Source: a virus. From it: a stretch of DNA of 61,180 nucleotides. The stretch is taken from positions 1 through 61,180 of IMG/VR virus record IMGVR_UViG_3300023099_000001. The stretch is one strand, 5' to 3'. Positions 50,111-57,637 of this stretch are shown here, in pieces (position 1 is the first letter of the stretch; each line of letters begins with the position of its first letter). A model generated the notes under the pieces. That model was not told where the DNA came from and searched no databases. It worked only from the letters and a program-made list of their open reading frames with translations. A program made the position numbers and the translations under genes.

Positions 50111-50184
50111 TCTCTCACCTGAGATTCGAACTCAGATCGCACACCGTTTGAAGGTGCCGCCTCTACCATTTGGGCTAGCGAGAG
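50111..50184 (-). tRNA. class-I-shaped tRNA with anticodon CAA (UUG-Leu codon), isolated on the minus strand
   Basis: Reverse complement: CTCTCGC TA GCCC-AAATGGTA-GAGGC GCACC-TTCAAAC-GGTGT GCGAT CTGAG-TTCGAAT-CTCAG GTGAGAG A. Confidence 0.6.
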
Positions 50185-50192
50185 TGGACGAA

Positions 50193-50224
50193 GGGAGGGG
50201 CGTTGGTTTCCCAAGACCCCTCCC
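50193..50224. terminator. GC-rich hairpin (terminator-like) after the SSB-like gene
   Basis: GGGAGGGG-16 nt-CCCCTCCC. Confidence 0.45.
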
Positions 50225-50250
50225 CGCGATTTTGCAAGAGCGGCGGCGTT

Positions 50251-50742
50251 CTAGCTACCGTTTAACCCGCCCCATGAGGGCGCAGCACTGGTGGCTGCTG
50301 GTGCGGCTGAACCGCCGACACCTGCGGGAGCGTAACCCCCGACTTCATTGAAGATACGCTTCTGCGCATCCGGGGCTTTTTCGTTCACCTTGATAGTGAG
50401 CGGTGTACCCAGCACTGACTGTAGGTTGTCAGGAAGTTCAACGCCTGCACCCTTACCGGCCTTCCAGCCGACAGCTTCCGCGAACGTGGTCAGCTTCCAT
50501 GCACCCGGCCCGTCGTACAGCGGAATGTTCTGGTAGCGAATCTCTCTACCATTATACTCTTCGCCGGGAGCCTGCACCTTGAACGTAACAACAAGCTGCG
50601 GCTTACCAGCGTTGTCACCTGACTTGACAGCTACCTCTTCGATGGCGAAGACGGTTGCCTGAACTTTGGTTCCGTGTGGGATCGGCTTGAAATCTCCGCC
50701 ACCCTCAAAGGCTTTATCGCCTACGTTAATTACTCTACCCAT
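50251..50742 (-). CDS. ssDNA-binding protein (DUF2815/gp2.5-like, putative)
   Basis: 163 aa with a Gly/Ala-rich acidic-less tail; canonical position between the Sak4-like ATPase and the primase. Confidence 0.5.
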   Translation of the reverse strand: MGRVINVGDKAFEGGGDFKPIPHGTKVQATVFAIEEVAVKSGDNAGKPQLVVTFKVQAPGEEYNGREIRYQNIPLYDGPGAWKLTTFAEAVGWKAGKGAGVELPDNLQSVLGTPLTIKVNEKAPDAQKRIFNEVGGYAPAGVGGSAAPAATSAAPSWGGLNGS

Positions 50743-50751
50743 TTTTATTCC

Positions 50752-51459
50752 TTACTTCGCTTCTTCGATTAACTGGTTGATTACTGAAATTGTTGGGTCA
50801 TAGATTTTGCTTGGCAGACCGAAACGGTTTTTCGTAACAAGACCAAGAGCTTCACCAACGTACAGCGTGCGGCGCAGCTTACCGTCAGTGTCTGTTTCGT
50901 AGTTGTAGTAACCCACTATATCAGAAACTGTGGGAACTTCCTCTTTGAACGATCCCTGATACTTTGGAATTGTTTTGACAGCGCCGGTCTGTTCGTTCTT
51001 CTCATCCAGCGCGTGGAAAATGAACACGGTTGGGATTGGTGAGTGGTGGAAGTCCCACATGAAATCACTAGTCCAGTTGAACAAGTCATCCCACGCGCCG
51101 AATTTGTTGGCGCGGTTAGCTGGATCGTTTTTGAACTTAGCTGTTGCCAACTTACCGGCGCGGTTCATAGTGTCAAACACCACAAGGTCAACGTCGTTAG
51201 GGTTAGCAAGTAGTTCATCTTTGATAAGCTCAAGGTGCTGGAAAGTTGGCGCACTGATACGCTTTACGCCGGGGTTAAGGCGACCAACACCTTTAGCTGA
51301 ACCTTCAATGTCAACAATGAGAACGTTCTTAAATCCGGCATGAATTGCGCTGGCTGCAAGGTTAGTCTTACCTACACCTGATGGGCCGTACAGTGTCATA
51401 CTGTCGAAGGTGTCTAACGATTCCACGTCTTCGATTCCTGCGTCAAAACTATAAACCAT
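50752..51459 (-). CDS. RecA-fold AAA ATPase (Sak4-like)
   Basis: Walker A LYGPSGVGKTN; Walker B DLVVFDT. Confidence 0.75.
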   Translation of the reverse strand: MVYSFDAGIEDVESLDTFDSMTLYGPSGVGKTNLAASAIHAGFKNVLIVDIEGSAKGVGRLNPGVKRISAPTFQHLELIKDELLANPNDVDLVVFDTMNRAGKLATAKFKNDPANRANKFGAWDDLFNWTSDFMWDFHHSPIPTVFIFHALDEKNEQTGAVKTIPKYQGSFKEEVPTVSDIVGYYNYETDTDGKLRRTLYVGEALGLVTKNRFGLPSKIYDPTISVINQLIEEAK

Positions 51460-51625
51460 TTGTTCCCTCTGCCTCTTTGTTGTATCGTGCGTAAGCTTCG
51501 CCGTAACCGTAGTCGTAGACGTGTAGTAAAGCTATGCGGTGCGCTTCAAAATCTCCCACACCTTTAGCCAAAACTTTAGCATGCTCTTCGCGATAGATTT
51601 TATCTAACAGTCGAGTGTCAATCAT
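51449..51625 (-). CDS. small ORF (58 aa)
   Basis: Hand translation MIDTRLLDKIYREEHAKVLAKGVGDFEAHRIALLHVYDYGYGEAYARYNKEAEGTNGL. Confidence 0.45.
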   Translation of the reverse strand: MIDTRLLDKIYREEHAKVLAKGVGDFEAHRIALLHVYDYGYGEAYARYNKEAEGTNGL

Positions 51626-51626
51626 A

Positions 51627-51971
51627 CTACGCCTTCAGTTTAATTTCAACTTTGTTTTTGGGGAAGACTTTCTGGCATGAAGCGTACTCTTCCTCGGTAA
51701 GATATTTCTTAGCCAGTGTACTGTCTACGACAGCAGAATACAACTTCATGTTCTCGCCGTTAGGGCCGAGCGGAAACTTTTCAGTGGCGATATCTGAATT
51801 GAATCGAACGTTAGGTGAAATTACAATTTCAGCGTTCACTGTATCAGCAGTGTATACGCCGACCGGCATAGACGCAAGTCCAAGTTCTGATGTTAGCTCT
51901 TCAATCTCTTCCGTCAGGCGCTTGATTTCGTTCTTGCGCTTAAGGATTTCGATAAGCTTAGTCTCGTCCAT
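51627..51971 (-). CDS. hypothetical protein (114 aa)
   Basis: ORF track. Confidence 0.55.
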   Translation of the reverse strand: MDETKLIEILKRKNEIKRLTEEIEELTSELGLASMPVGVYTADTVNAEIVISPNVRFNSDIATEKFPLGPNGENMKLYSAVVDSTLAKKYLTEEEYASCQKVFPKNKVEIKLKA

Positions 51972-52090
51972 TACTTGTTCTTTCTCTGCTTGCGGTCAAA
52001 ATAAAAATTCACTGCCCACGGCACGACTACATGATTAATGTACGTAATGCCGATAAAGATAGCGGCAAACATCCACCAGTTAAATTCCAT
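51971..52090 (-). CDS. small membrane protein (39 aa)
   Basis: Hand translation MEFNWWMFAAIFIGITYINHVVVPWAVNFYFDRKQRKNK; TAATG coupling. Confidence 0.4.
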   Translation of the reverse strand: MEFNWWMFAAIFIGITYINHVVVPWAVNFYFDRKQRKNK

Positions 52091-52092
52091 TA

Positions 52093-52245
52093 TTTTCCTC
52101 TTCGCATAAGCGTGCCGCCGATTAGTCCTAGCGAAAAACTTGCAATGCTGCGCTTAGTTTCGTCGTTGTCAGTAGCATAGAACGATGCTGTGAAAGTGTC
52201 AACGATTTTCTCAATCTCATCGAGAATTTCTTTATCGCTTGCCAT
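52093..52245 (-). CDS. small ORF (50 aa)
   Basis: Hand translation MASDKEILDEIEKIVDTFTASFYATDNDETKRSIASFSLGLIGGTLMRRGK. Confidence 0.4.
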
Positions 52246-52953
52246 TTATGGCCCCATTCTGTGTAAAACATTGCTACACACGTAGCAGTTCGGATCGGAA
52301 GGTAAGGTTTCAGGATCGTTACCGTCCTCCAACCACTGCCAAGCTAATAGTAACCTATCCCACGCCTCATTAGCAAGCGTTTCGTCATAATCAAATGAGA
52401 TAACAACTACATCACGGTCACTGGTACCGTCACGGTTGATAAACACAAAACTTATCTTGTCTACCGGGTGTCCCGCAGCTATTAATGCGCGAGCGTACAG
52501 CATCACCTGATAGATGTACTGTGTTGGTATGGTGCTGTTGTCCAGCCGGTACATGTCAACTTTAGAACGCTTTGAAGTTTTATAGTCAACAAGATGATTC
52601 TCCGCCGTCAAATACAAATCAGGTGTGGAGTAAATATCTCCGTAGTTCGGCACAGTGCCGATGTACACAGATTTTTCTAGTCTAGCCCCAGCGAAGTATT
52701 TAAACTTACCATTAGTGGTGTTCAGATATTTTTCTGCTTCATGCTCTAAGAGTGCGTGGATTGCGTCACCAATACGAGCGCCTAACCAGTATTGCCCAAT
52801 CTTACCGCCTTGCCCGCCGATTAGGCTTGTAGCTAGGCAGTAAGCGCAAGGGTTTCCGATACCTGATGCACCAATTTTACGCTGCTGTGTCCGTACTGTT
52901 GGAACTTTTAGTACGTCTAAGATTAGCTTTTTGAGTTGCGCGTCGTCTAGCAA
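52246..52953 (-). CDS. Cas4/RecB-like PD-(D/E)XK exonuclease with four Cys
   Basis: NPCAYC near the N-terminus, VDYKTSK core, CYVCS near the C-terminus. The start is uncertain (77-nt overlap with the WhiB gene). Confidence 0.75.
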   Translation of the reverse strand: MLDDAQLKKLILDVLKVPTVRTQQRKIGASGIGNPCAYCLATSLIGGQGGKIGQYWLGARIGDAIHALLEHEAEKYLNTTNGKFKYFAGARLEKSVYIGTVPNYGDIYSTPDLYLTAENHLVDYKTSKRSKVDMYRLDNSTIPTQYIYQVMLYARALIAAGHPVDKISFVFINRDGTSDRDVVVISFDYDETLANEAWDRLLLAWQWLEDGNDPETLPSDPNCYVCSNVLHRMGP

Positions 52954-53215
52954 TTTCTTCCTTACGCTGTGCCGGTGTCATCCCACCGTAAATGAAGTTG
53001 TTTTCTTCGTTAAGGATAGCAAATTGACCGCATAATTCCAAAACGTGACAACCTTCACACAGCGAAGCTGCTACTTCAGGTGTTGTGCTGTTAACCCATG
53101 CGCCTGTCCATTTCTCAGGGTCGTTGGGGTTACCATCTTTGTCAAAATCTACATAGCATGGTTCTGTTTCGTTGAGCGCATGTTTCAGCGCTATCTTAGC
53201 TCGCTCTGGTGTCAT
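52877..53215 (-). CDS. whiB: WhiB-like transcription factor
   Basis: EPC...CEGCHVLELC (C-Xn-C-X2-C-X5-C), IYGGMT turn, basic C-terminus. Confidence 0.8.
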   Translation of the reverse strand: MTPERAKIALKHALNETEPCYVDFDKDGNPNDPEKWTGAWVNSTTPEVAASLCEGCHVLELCGQFAILNEENNFIYGGMTPAQRKEEIARRRATQKANLRRTKSSNSTDTAA

Positions 53216-53226
53216 AGTTTCCCCCG

Positions 53227-53463
53227 TTAATCAAGTAGCTCCACAGTAGCATCGAAAGGAATCTTTACAATGTCTTGATATGACAAACCATATTCTGACT
53301 GGTAATTAGCAACGCTTAACATAACACTGTTTGGCTGGTGACGCACACCATTTAGGTATCCCTCTAAGATAACTTCAGGTTTGTCTTTCTTCCATGACTT
53401 AAACCGATATGTAATCCTCATTTTAGCGTGAACATGCACACCGCTTAGCTCAAGTGCGATCAT
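53227..53463 (-). CDS. small protein, IELNG-family paralog
   Basis: MIALELSGVHVHAKMRITYRFKS...PFDATVELLD. Confidence 0.6.
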   Translation of the reverse strand: MIALELSGVHVHAKMRITYRFKSWKKDKPEVILEGYLNGVRHQPNSVMLSVANYQSEYGLSYQDIVKIPFDATVELLD

Positions 53464-53681
53464 AGAAACTCTACCTCCGCGTCGAATGGTACGCGGAATG
53501 CACCGTCAGCTTTCTTAGGGGTGGGCGCTGTTGTCAGTTTAATCCAAAGCTCTCCACCTGCCATATGCCGTACTTCGTTTAAGTATCCAGACGCAAATCG
53601 ATCATAGTTGTCAGTTTTAAATCTGTATGTCAACTTGACATTTCTCTGTACGTGCGCGCCGTTAAGTTCAATTGCGTACAC
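53460..53681 (-). CDS. small protein, IELNG-family paralog
   Basis: MYAIELNGAHVQRNVKLTYRFKT...PFDAEVEFL. Confidence 0.6.
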   Translation of the reverse strand: MYAIELNGAHVQRNVKLTYRFKTDNYDRFASGYLNEVRHMAGGELWIKLTTAPTPKKADGAFRVPFDAEVEFL

Positions 53682-53682
53682 C

Positions 53683-53928
53683 TTATATCAACCCCAGTTC
53701 CGCGAGTCTTTTAGTAGCCGCATAAACTCGATCCAATTCTGGTTGGTGGTTGGGATGACCGCAAAGCCAAGAGCAGTGCGCTGTAATAGCAGAGCCGCCG
53801 ATCCCACCATGTACCGCTGTTGAGCCGTGCATTTTATGTAAGTTGTTGATTGTTAGTACATACTCTTTTATTGCGTCGGCTACATATTTGGGAATGAGTA
53901 TTTTGCTTTCGCCGTTCATGTCCATCAC
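53683..53928 (-). CDS. hypothetical protein (81 aa)
   Basis: ORF track. Confidence 0.55.
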   Translation of the reverse strand: MMDMNGESKILIPKYVADAIKEYVLTINNLHKMHGSTAVHGGIGGSAITAHCSWLCGHPNHQPELDRVYAATKRLAELGLI

Positions 53929-54563
53929 TTTTCCTTACGAGGTCGGCCCAGCTTTGGGGCATTCATATGCACAGGCTCAGCGAACAAGACACTAGCCATA
54001 GCCTTAGACACGAGGACAAAGAACAGGGACACTACGAATCTGATACTTACACCAACCCACATATCAGGATCAGTCCAAGCGAAGTCATATAGGTCAATAA
54101 CGTGGTAACTTGACAGCGCAATGGCAACGCCCGATGCGGCGATCATAGCCACAAACCACCCGGTAACCTGCGGGCCTTTTTCTCGGCTGCCCTTGACATA
54201 GTAGGTAAGCATAAACACAAGGATGGCAACCTCTACGGCACCAAACAGAACAAACGCTTGCCAAGGATCAGCAAACCTAGACAACGCTGCGCTTGAAATT
54301 GTTCCGTCAGCGGTGAGGATAGCTGTAGCAATAAACATGATTGCCGCAAGCCCGCCCAGAATTCCTAGCGTAGCTGTTTGGTCAATCTGAAACTGCGGTG
54401 CTCGCTTAGATTCCTGCTCGATGAAACGCTCAGCACTACGATCACGAGTGAACGCAGCCACTTTCTGTGCTGTGTTCTGCTCACGCTTTACTGGTGTTGC
54501 TGGCTCTCGTACAGCTATAGTGTTGTTTACCACGCTTAGTGTCCTAATCTTTTTGATTTCCAT
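53925..54563 (-). CDS. integral membrane protein (212 aa, about 5 TM)
   Basis: Multiple hydrophobic segments. Confidence 0.6.
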   Translation of the reverse strand: MEIKKIRTLSVVNNTIAVREPATPVKREQNTAQKVAAFTRDRSAERFIEQESKRAPQFQIDQTATLGILGGLAAIMFIATAILTADGTISSAALSRFADPWQAFVLFGAVEVAILVFMLTYYVKGSREKGPQVTGWFVAMIAASGVAIALSSYHVIDLYDFAWTDPDMWVGVSIRFVVSLFFVLVSKAMASVLFAEPVHMNAPKLGRPRKEK

Positions 54564-54774
54564 AGTATCCGAACTTATTCAGTATATACGCAAGATTTTG
54601 CATTTGTTTTTCAGCATCTTCTACAGCTATACCTAACAGTTTGATTGTTTCCGCCGAAGCATCAACGGTCGCGGTCGATGGCTGAGATTCCGGGGTAGGG
54701 GTTTGTCTCTGGAATTTCAAGAGGTTCGTTTCGAGTGCTACCGTTACTCGGTCCTCCCGGCTCGGCTTCGACAT
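54544..54774 (-). CDS. hypothetical protein (76 aa); overlaps 54662-54997 by 113 nt
   Basis: ORF track; the true boundary with the upstream ORF is unresolved. Confidence 0.4.
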   Translation of the reverse strand: MSKPSREDRVTVALETNLLKFQRQTPTPESQPSTATVDASAETIKLLGIAVEDAEKQMQNLAYILNKFGYYGNQKD

Positions 54775-54997
54775 ACGTACCCTCCAAAATTGCCTTTATG
54801 GTGTGTTTATTAGGCTCCATGCGAAGAAATCCGCATTGACTGATATATGCCAACGCTTCCTCAACCCTTAGAAAAGCTACCTGCTTCATACGGTCACGCA
54901 TGAACTCTTCGGGGCTTGTGTCAGGGCGTGCGACCTCCTGCGCAGCTTTCCACTGCACATACTCAGTCAGTAACGCGGTGTCGTTAGAAACGTCCAT
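54662..54997 (-). CDS. hypothetical protein (111 aa)
   Basis: ORF track. Confidence 0.5.
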   Translation of the reverse strand: MDVSNDTALLTEYVQWKAAQEVARPDTSPEEFMRDRMKQVAFLRVEEALAYISQCGFLRMEPNKHTIKAILEGTYVEAEPGGPSNGSTRNEPLEIPETNPYPGISAIDRDR

Positions 54998-55268
54998 TAA
55001 TCAAATCCTCATAAGTCTTTACGCTTCGTTTGTTTGTCCGAATTGAATCATATTCAATCAGGTACAGCACTACCATAATTGAACCAAAAACTACGTTCCA
55101 CCAGTAGTCAGGCCGGATGATAAACGCGAAAAAATCCCAGATAGCGAACACGCCACAATATGCTAGCCAAAAGTAGCCCCACTTGATTCGCTTTTCAAGC
55201 TCGCGAATCTTATCTCTCCACATTGGGGTTTTGTTTTTAATGTATGCGTTTCTCGTTGTGTCTGACAT
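54984..55268 (-). CDS. membrane protein (94 aa, 2 TM)
   Basis: GYFWLAYCGVFAIWDFFAFII...VFGSIMVVLYLI. Confidence 0.55.
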   Translation of the reverse strand: MSDTTRNAYIKNKTPMWRDKIRELEKRIKWGYFWLAYCGVFAIWDFFAFIIRPDYWWNVVFGSIMVVLYLIEYDSIRTNKRSVKTYEDLINGRF

Positions 55269-55322
55269 TTAATTTTCTCTTTCCAGAATTTTTTCGGGGT
55301 CTAATTTTCCGCGCGGGGGATT

Positions 55323-55922
55323 TTAGAAGTGCGCCTTCTCGCCGGAACGAGTCATCGAAATGAACTGCCCCAACTGCTCAGCCATACGCTTCATACCGTC
55401 CTCATCAAACGGCTCAAGGATTGCCACAGACTTGTCAAGCCCCAACTGCGGCAGCGCCTGCTGCAAACCAGAAGCAGAACCAGCAGACAAGAAAGCAAAA
55501 TCCCAGCCAGCCTTATTCAGTCGCTTAGTAGTCTGGGGAAGGTCACGCGCGCGATGCGTGATGTCGTATTCACTCACACCATCACTAGCGAAAATAACCA
55601 CAACATGACCCGGCTTCTCATTCTCTGGCATCTTGTTTACTTTTGCCTCGAAATTGTCAATGATAGTGGCGCTGCTATCAAACATGGACGTACCGCCGCT
55701 AGCAAACATGCTCAGATGTACAGTCATAGGGTCAGCATCTGCCTCACCCCAGTAAGGGTCGTCATCAAAGTATGTTACATCAACTGTGATGTAACCAGCG
55801 AGTTTGCGCGCCTGCTGCTCAAGCATCATGTGCATAGCGTCTTCCATCAGGTGAAAGTGCCCCCCCATAGAGCCGGACACGTCAAGGATGAAAAGGACTG
55901 CGGTGTAGTTAGGGTTGCTCAT
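55323..55922 (-). CDS. von Willebrand factor A (vWA) domain protein
   Basis: MIDAS motif FILDVSGSMGG; 199 aa. Confidence 0.8.
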   Translation of the reverse strand: MSNPNYTAVLFILDVSGSMGGHFHLMEDAMHMMLEQQARKLAGYITVDVTYFDDDPYWGEADADPMTVHLSMFASGGTSMFDSSATIIDNFEAKVNKMPENEKPGHVVVIFASDGVSEYDITHRARDLPQTTKRLNKAGWDFAFLSAGSASGLQQALPQLGLDKSVAILEPFDEDGMKRMAEQLGQFISMTRSGEKAHF

Positions 55923-57397
55923 GTGGAGTGATTACCTTTTGTTTGGGAGCCTAGTGAGTTATTCAAGCTTAGCCGCTTAGCTAACTGCTTGTCAATGATT
56001 TCCTGATCGTATGTTCCCGGTACAATGAAACGGTACCGTGTAACACGTTCTGATCTTACCGTGCTGGGGCGGGGAAGTCTACCCTTAGCCTGAGTATTCA
56101 TGAACAAATTATCGGAGTCGCTGAACCAAAATTCTGTGCTACACAGGTCTTGGAGTCCGTCTGTGCCTTCGGCTATTGCTTCCACGACTGCGACAATGAC
56201 CTGATATCCTCCGGCTTTCCCCCACGTCGCCAAAGCATCTGCGCGAGCCTTATCAGATGTACCCCCAATCCAAGCGAACGCATTGTAACCCCTCTGTGTG
56301 AATCTATGCGCCGCGACACTAGCAAATTCCCTGCTGTGAGTAAATACAAGCACAGGCTCCAATACTGGGAGGTCACCCATAACTTCCATAGCCTCATCAA
56401 GTTTTGAACTGTACGTGTCAACATTGTATGCGACCTTTCCAACTTCATTGAAGGCTGGCGCACCTAGGGTGATTTGACGCAGCCTGATCCTAGTTACAGC
56501 CCGAAGCTCGGACACTGACGGTAGCTTACCAGTAAGTGGGTCCGGCGTGTCAAGCCACATAATTTCTTCCTCTACCATTTGCTTGTAGAGTTTCTTCTGT
56601 GCTGGTGACAACTTACATTCAATATCAACAACCAGCGGTTCTTCTAGCCCGAGGTCGTCGCCTTCGTGAATATAATTATCATAGTAGGAGAGCATTGTGC
56701 CCTCTTCGTAGCGTTCACCCTCAATGGTCGTGAACCCCAACCATTCGTCCTCAACCTGAATAAGCCAATCGCCCACCCAATTCCAGAAACTGCGCGGCGT
56801 ACCATACACGCCGTACTTAGGGTCGTAGCTACCGTCTTTGATAAGATGCTCAGGGAACAACCAACGCAGAGTCGTCCAAGCACCTTGCATTTTATTGCCA
56901 ACAAACGTACCCGACATAGCAACACGTTTTGTATTTGTCTTGCCAACATTGCGCATGTTAGCCCACGACTTAGAGTTACGGTTCTGCATACGGTGGCATT
57001 CGTCTGCCACAACCATGTCAACATCAGTCTTGTTCCAGAAACCTTCTGGGCGTAACGCAAAATATTGCCATGTAACAAAATACCAACCGGGCACACCGTT
57101 CCAGAAATCTTGCATCGCCTGTTTACCGGGCACTGTGCTATTGATCCAACGTACAAGCATAGGGTCAGTGTAGTCTTGATACTGTCGGCGTACTGTGCGT
57201 TCCCAGCCTGAGTACGTATTACGTGGAGCAACAATAAGGACACGTTTCAGCTTCAGCCTGTACGCAGCTTCTACAGCGGTAGTTGTTTTACCTTGTGCAA
57301 GACCTAGCGCATACAGCACCGACTCTTCCCGCATCAAAACTTGACAGTATTGTTCCTGCCGTGGTCTGAGAGTCAGTCTACTTTCGGTCGCTATCAA
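55919..57397 (-). CDS. SNF2/DEAD-like helicase (TTG start, uncertain)
   Basis: Motif I LGLAQGKTT; motif II VVADECHRMQN; helicase C-domain. Confidence 0.8.
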   Translation of the reverse strand: MIATESRLTLRPRQEQYCQVLMREESVLYALGLAQGKTTTAVEAAYRLKLKRVLIVAPRNTYSGWERTVRRQYQDYTDPMLVRWINSTVPGKQAMQDFWNGVPGWYFVTWQYFALRPEGFWNKTDVDMVVADECHRMQNRNSKSWANMRNVGKTNTKRVAMSGTFVGNKMQGAWTTLRWLFPEHLIKDGSYDPKYGVYGTPRSFWNWVGDWLIQVEDEWLGFTTIEGERYEEGTMLSYYDNYIHEGDDLGLEEPLVVDIECKLSPAQKKLYKQMVEEEIMWLDTPDPLTGKLPSVSELRAVTRIRLRQITLGAPAFNEVGKVAYNVDTYSSKLDEAMEVMGDLPVLEPVLVFTHSREFASVAAHRFTQRGYNAFAWIGGTSDKARADALATWGKAGGYQVIVAVVEAIAEGTDGLQDLCSTEFWFSDSDNLFMNTQAKGRLPRPSTVRSERVTRYRFIVPGTYDQEIIDKQLAKRLSLNNSLGSQTKGNHST

Positions 57398-57531
57398 CGT
57401 AGTTTCTCCGAATCCACAGTGCTGCTGCTACCACTGTTGCGAGGGCTACAATGATGACAATACCCAGTAGAACACCACGAGGACCAAGGCCTACGAAGCC
57501 GGGCCAACCTGCTGCAATTGCTCTGAACATT
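57379..57531 (-). CDS. small membrane protein (50 aa)
   Basis: Hand translation MFRAIAAGWPGFVGLGPRGVLLGIVIIVALATVVAAALWIRRNYVDSDRK. Confidence 0.45.
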
Positions 57532-57559
57532 TGTTTTACCTTTGTTAGTTTAATATCAA

Positions 57560-57624
57560 GTGCGCGGACAGGAATCGAACCTGTGTTTGGGCTTACGCCC
57601 TGTCTACCACTGAACTACCGCGCG
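57560..57624 (-). ncRNA. anticodon-less tRNA-like RNA (initiator-tRNA-like acceptor/T arm; GNRA tetraloop in place of the anticodon loop)
   Basis: Reverse complement: CGCGCGG TA GTTC-AGTGGTA-GAC A GGGC-GTAA-GCCC AAAC ACAGG-TTCGATT-CCTGT CCGCGCA C. Confidence 0.6.
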
Positions 57625-57637
57625 ATACTGCTTTGTG

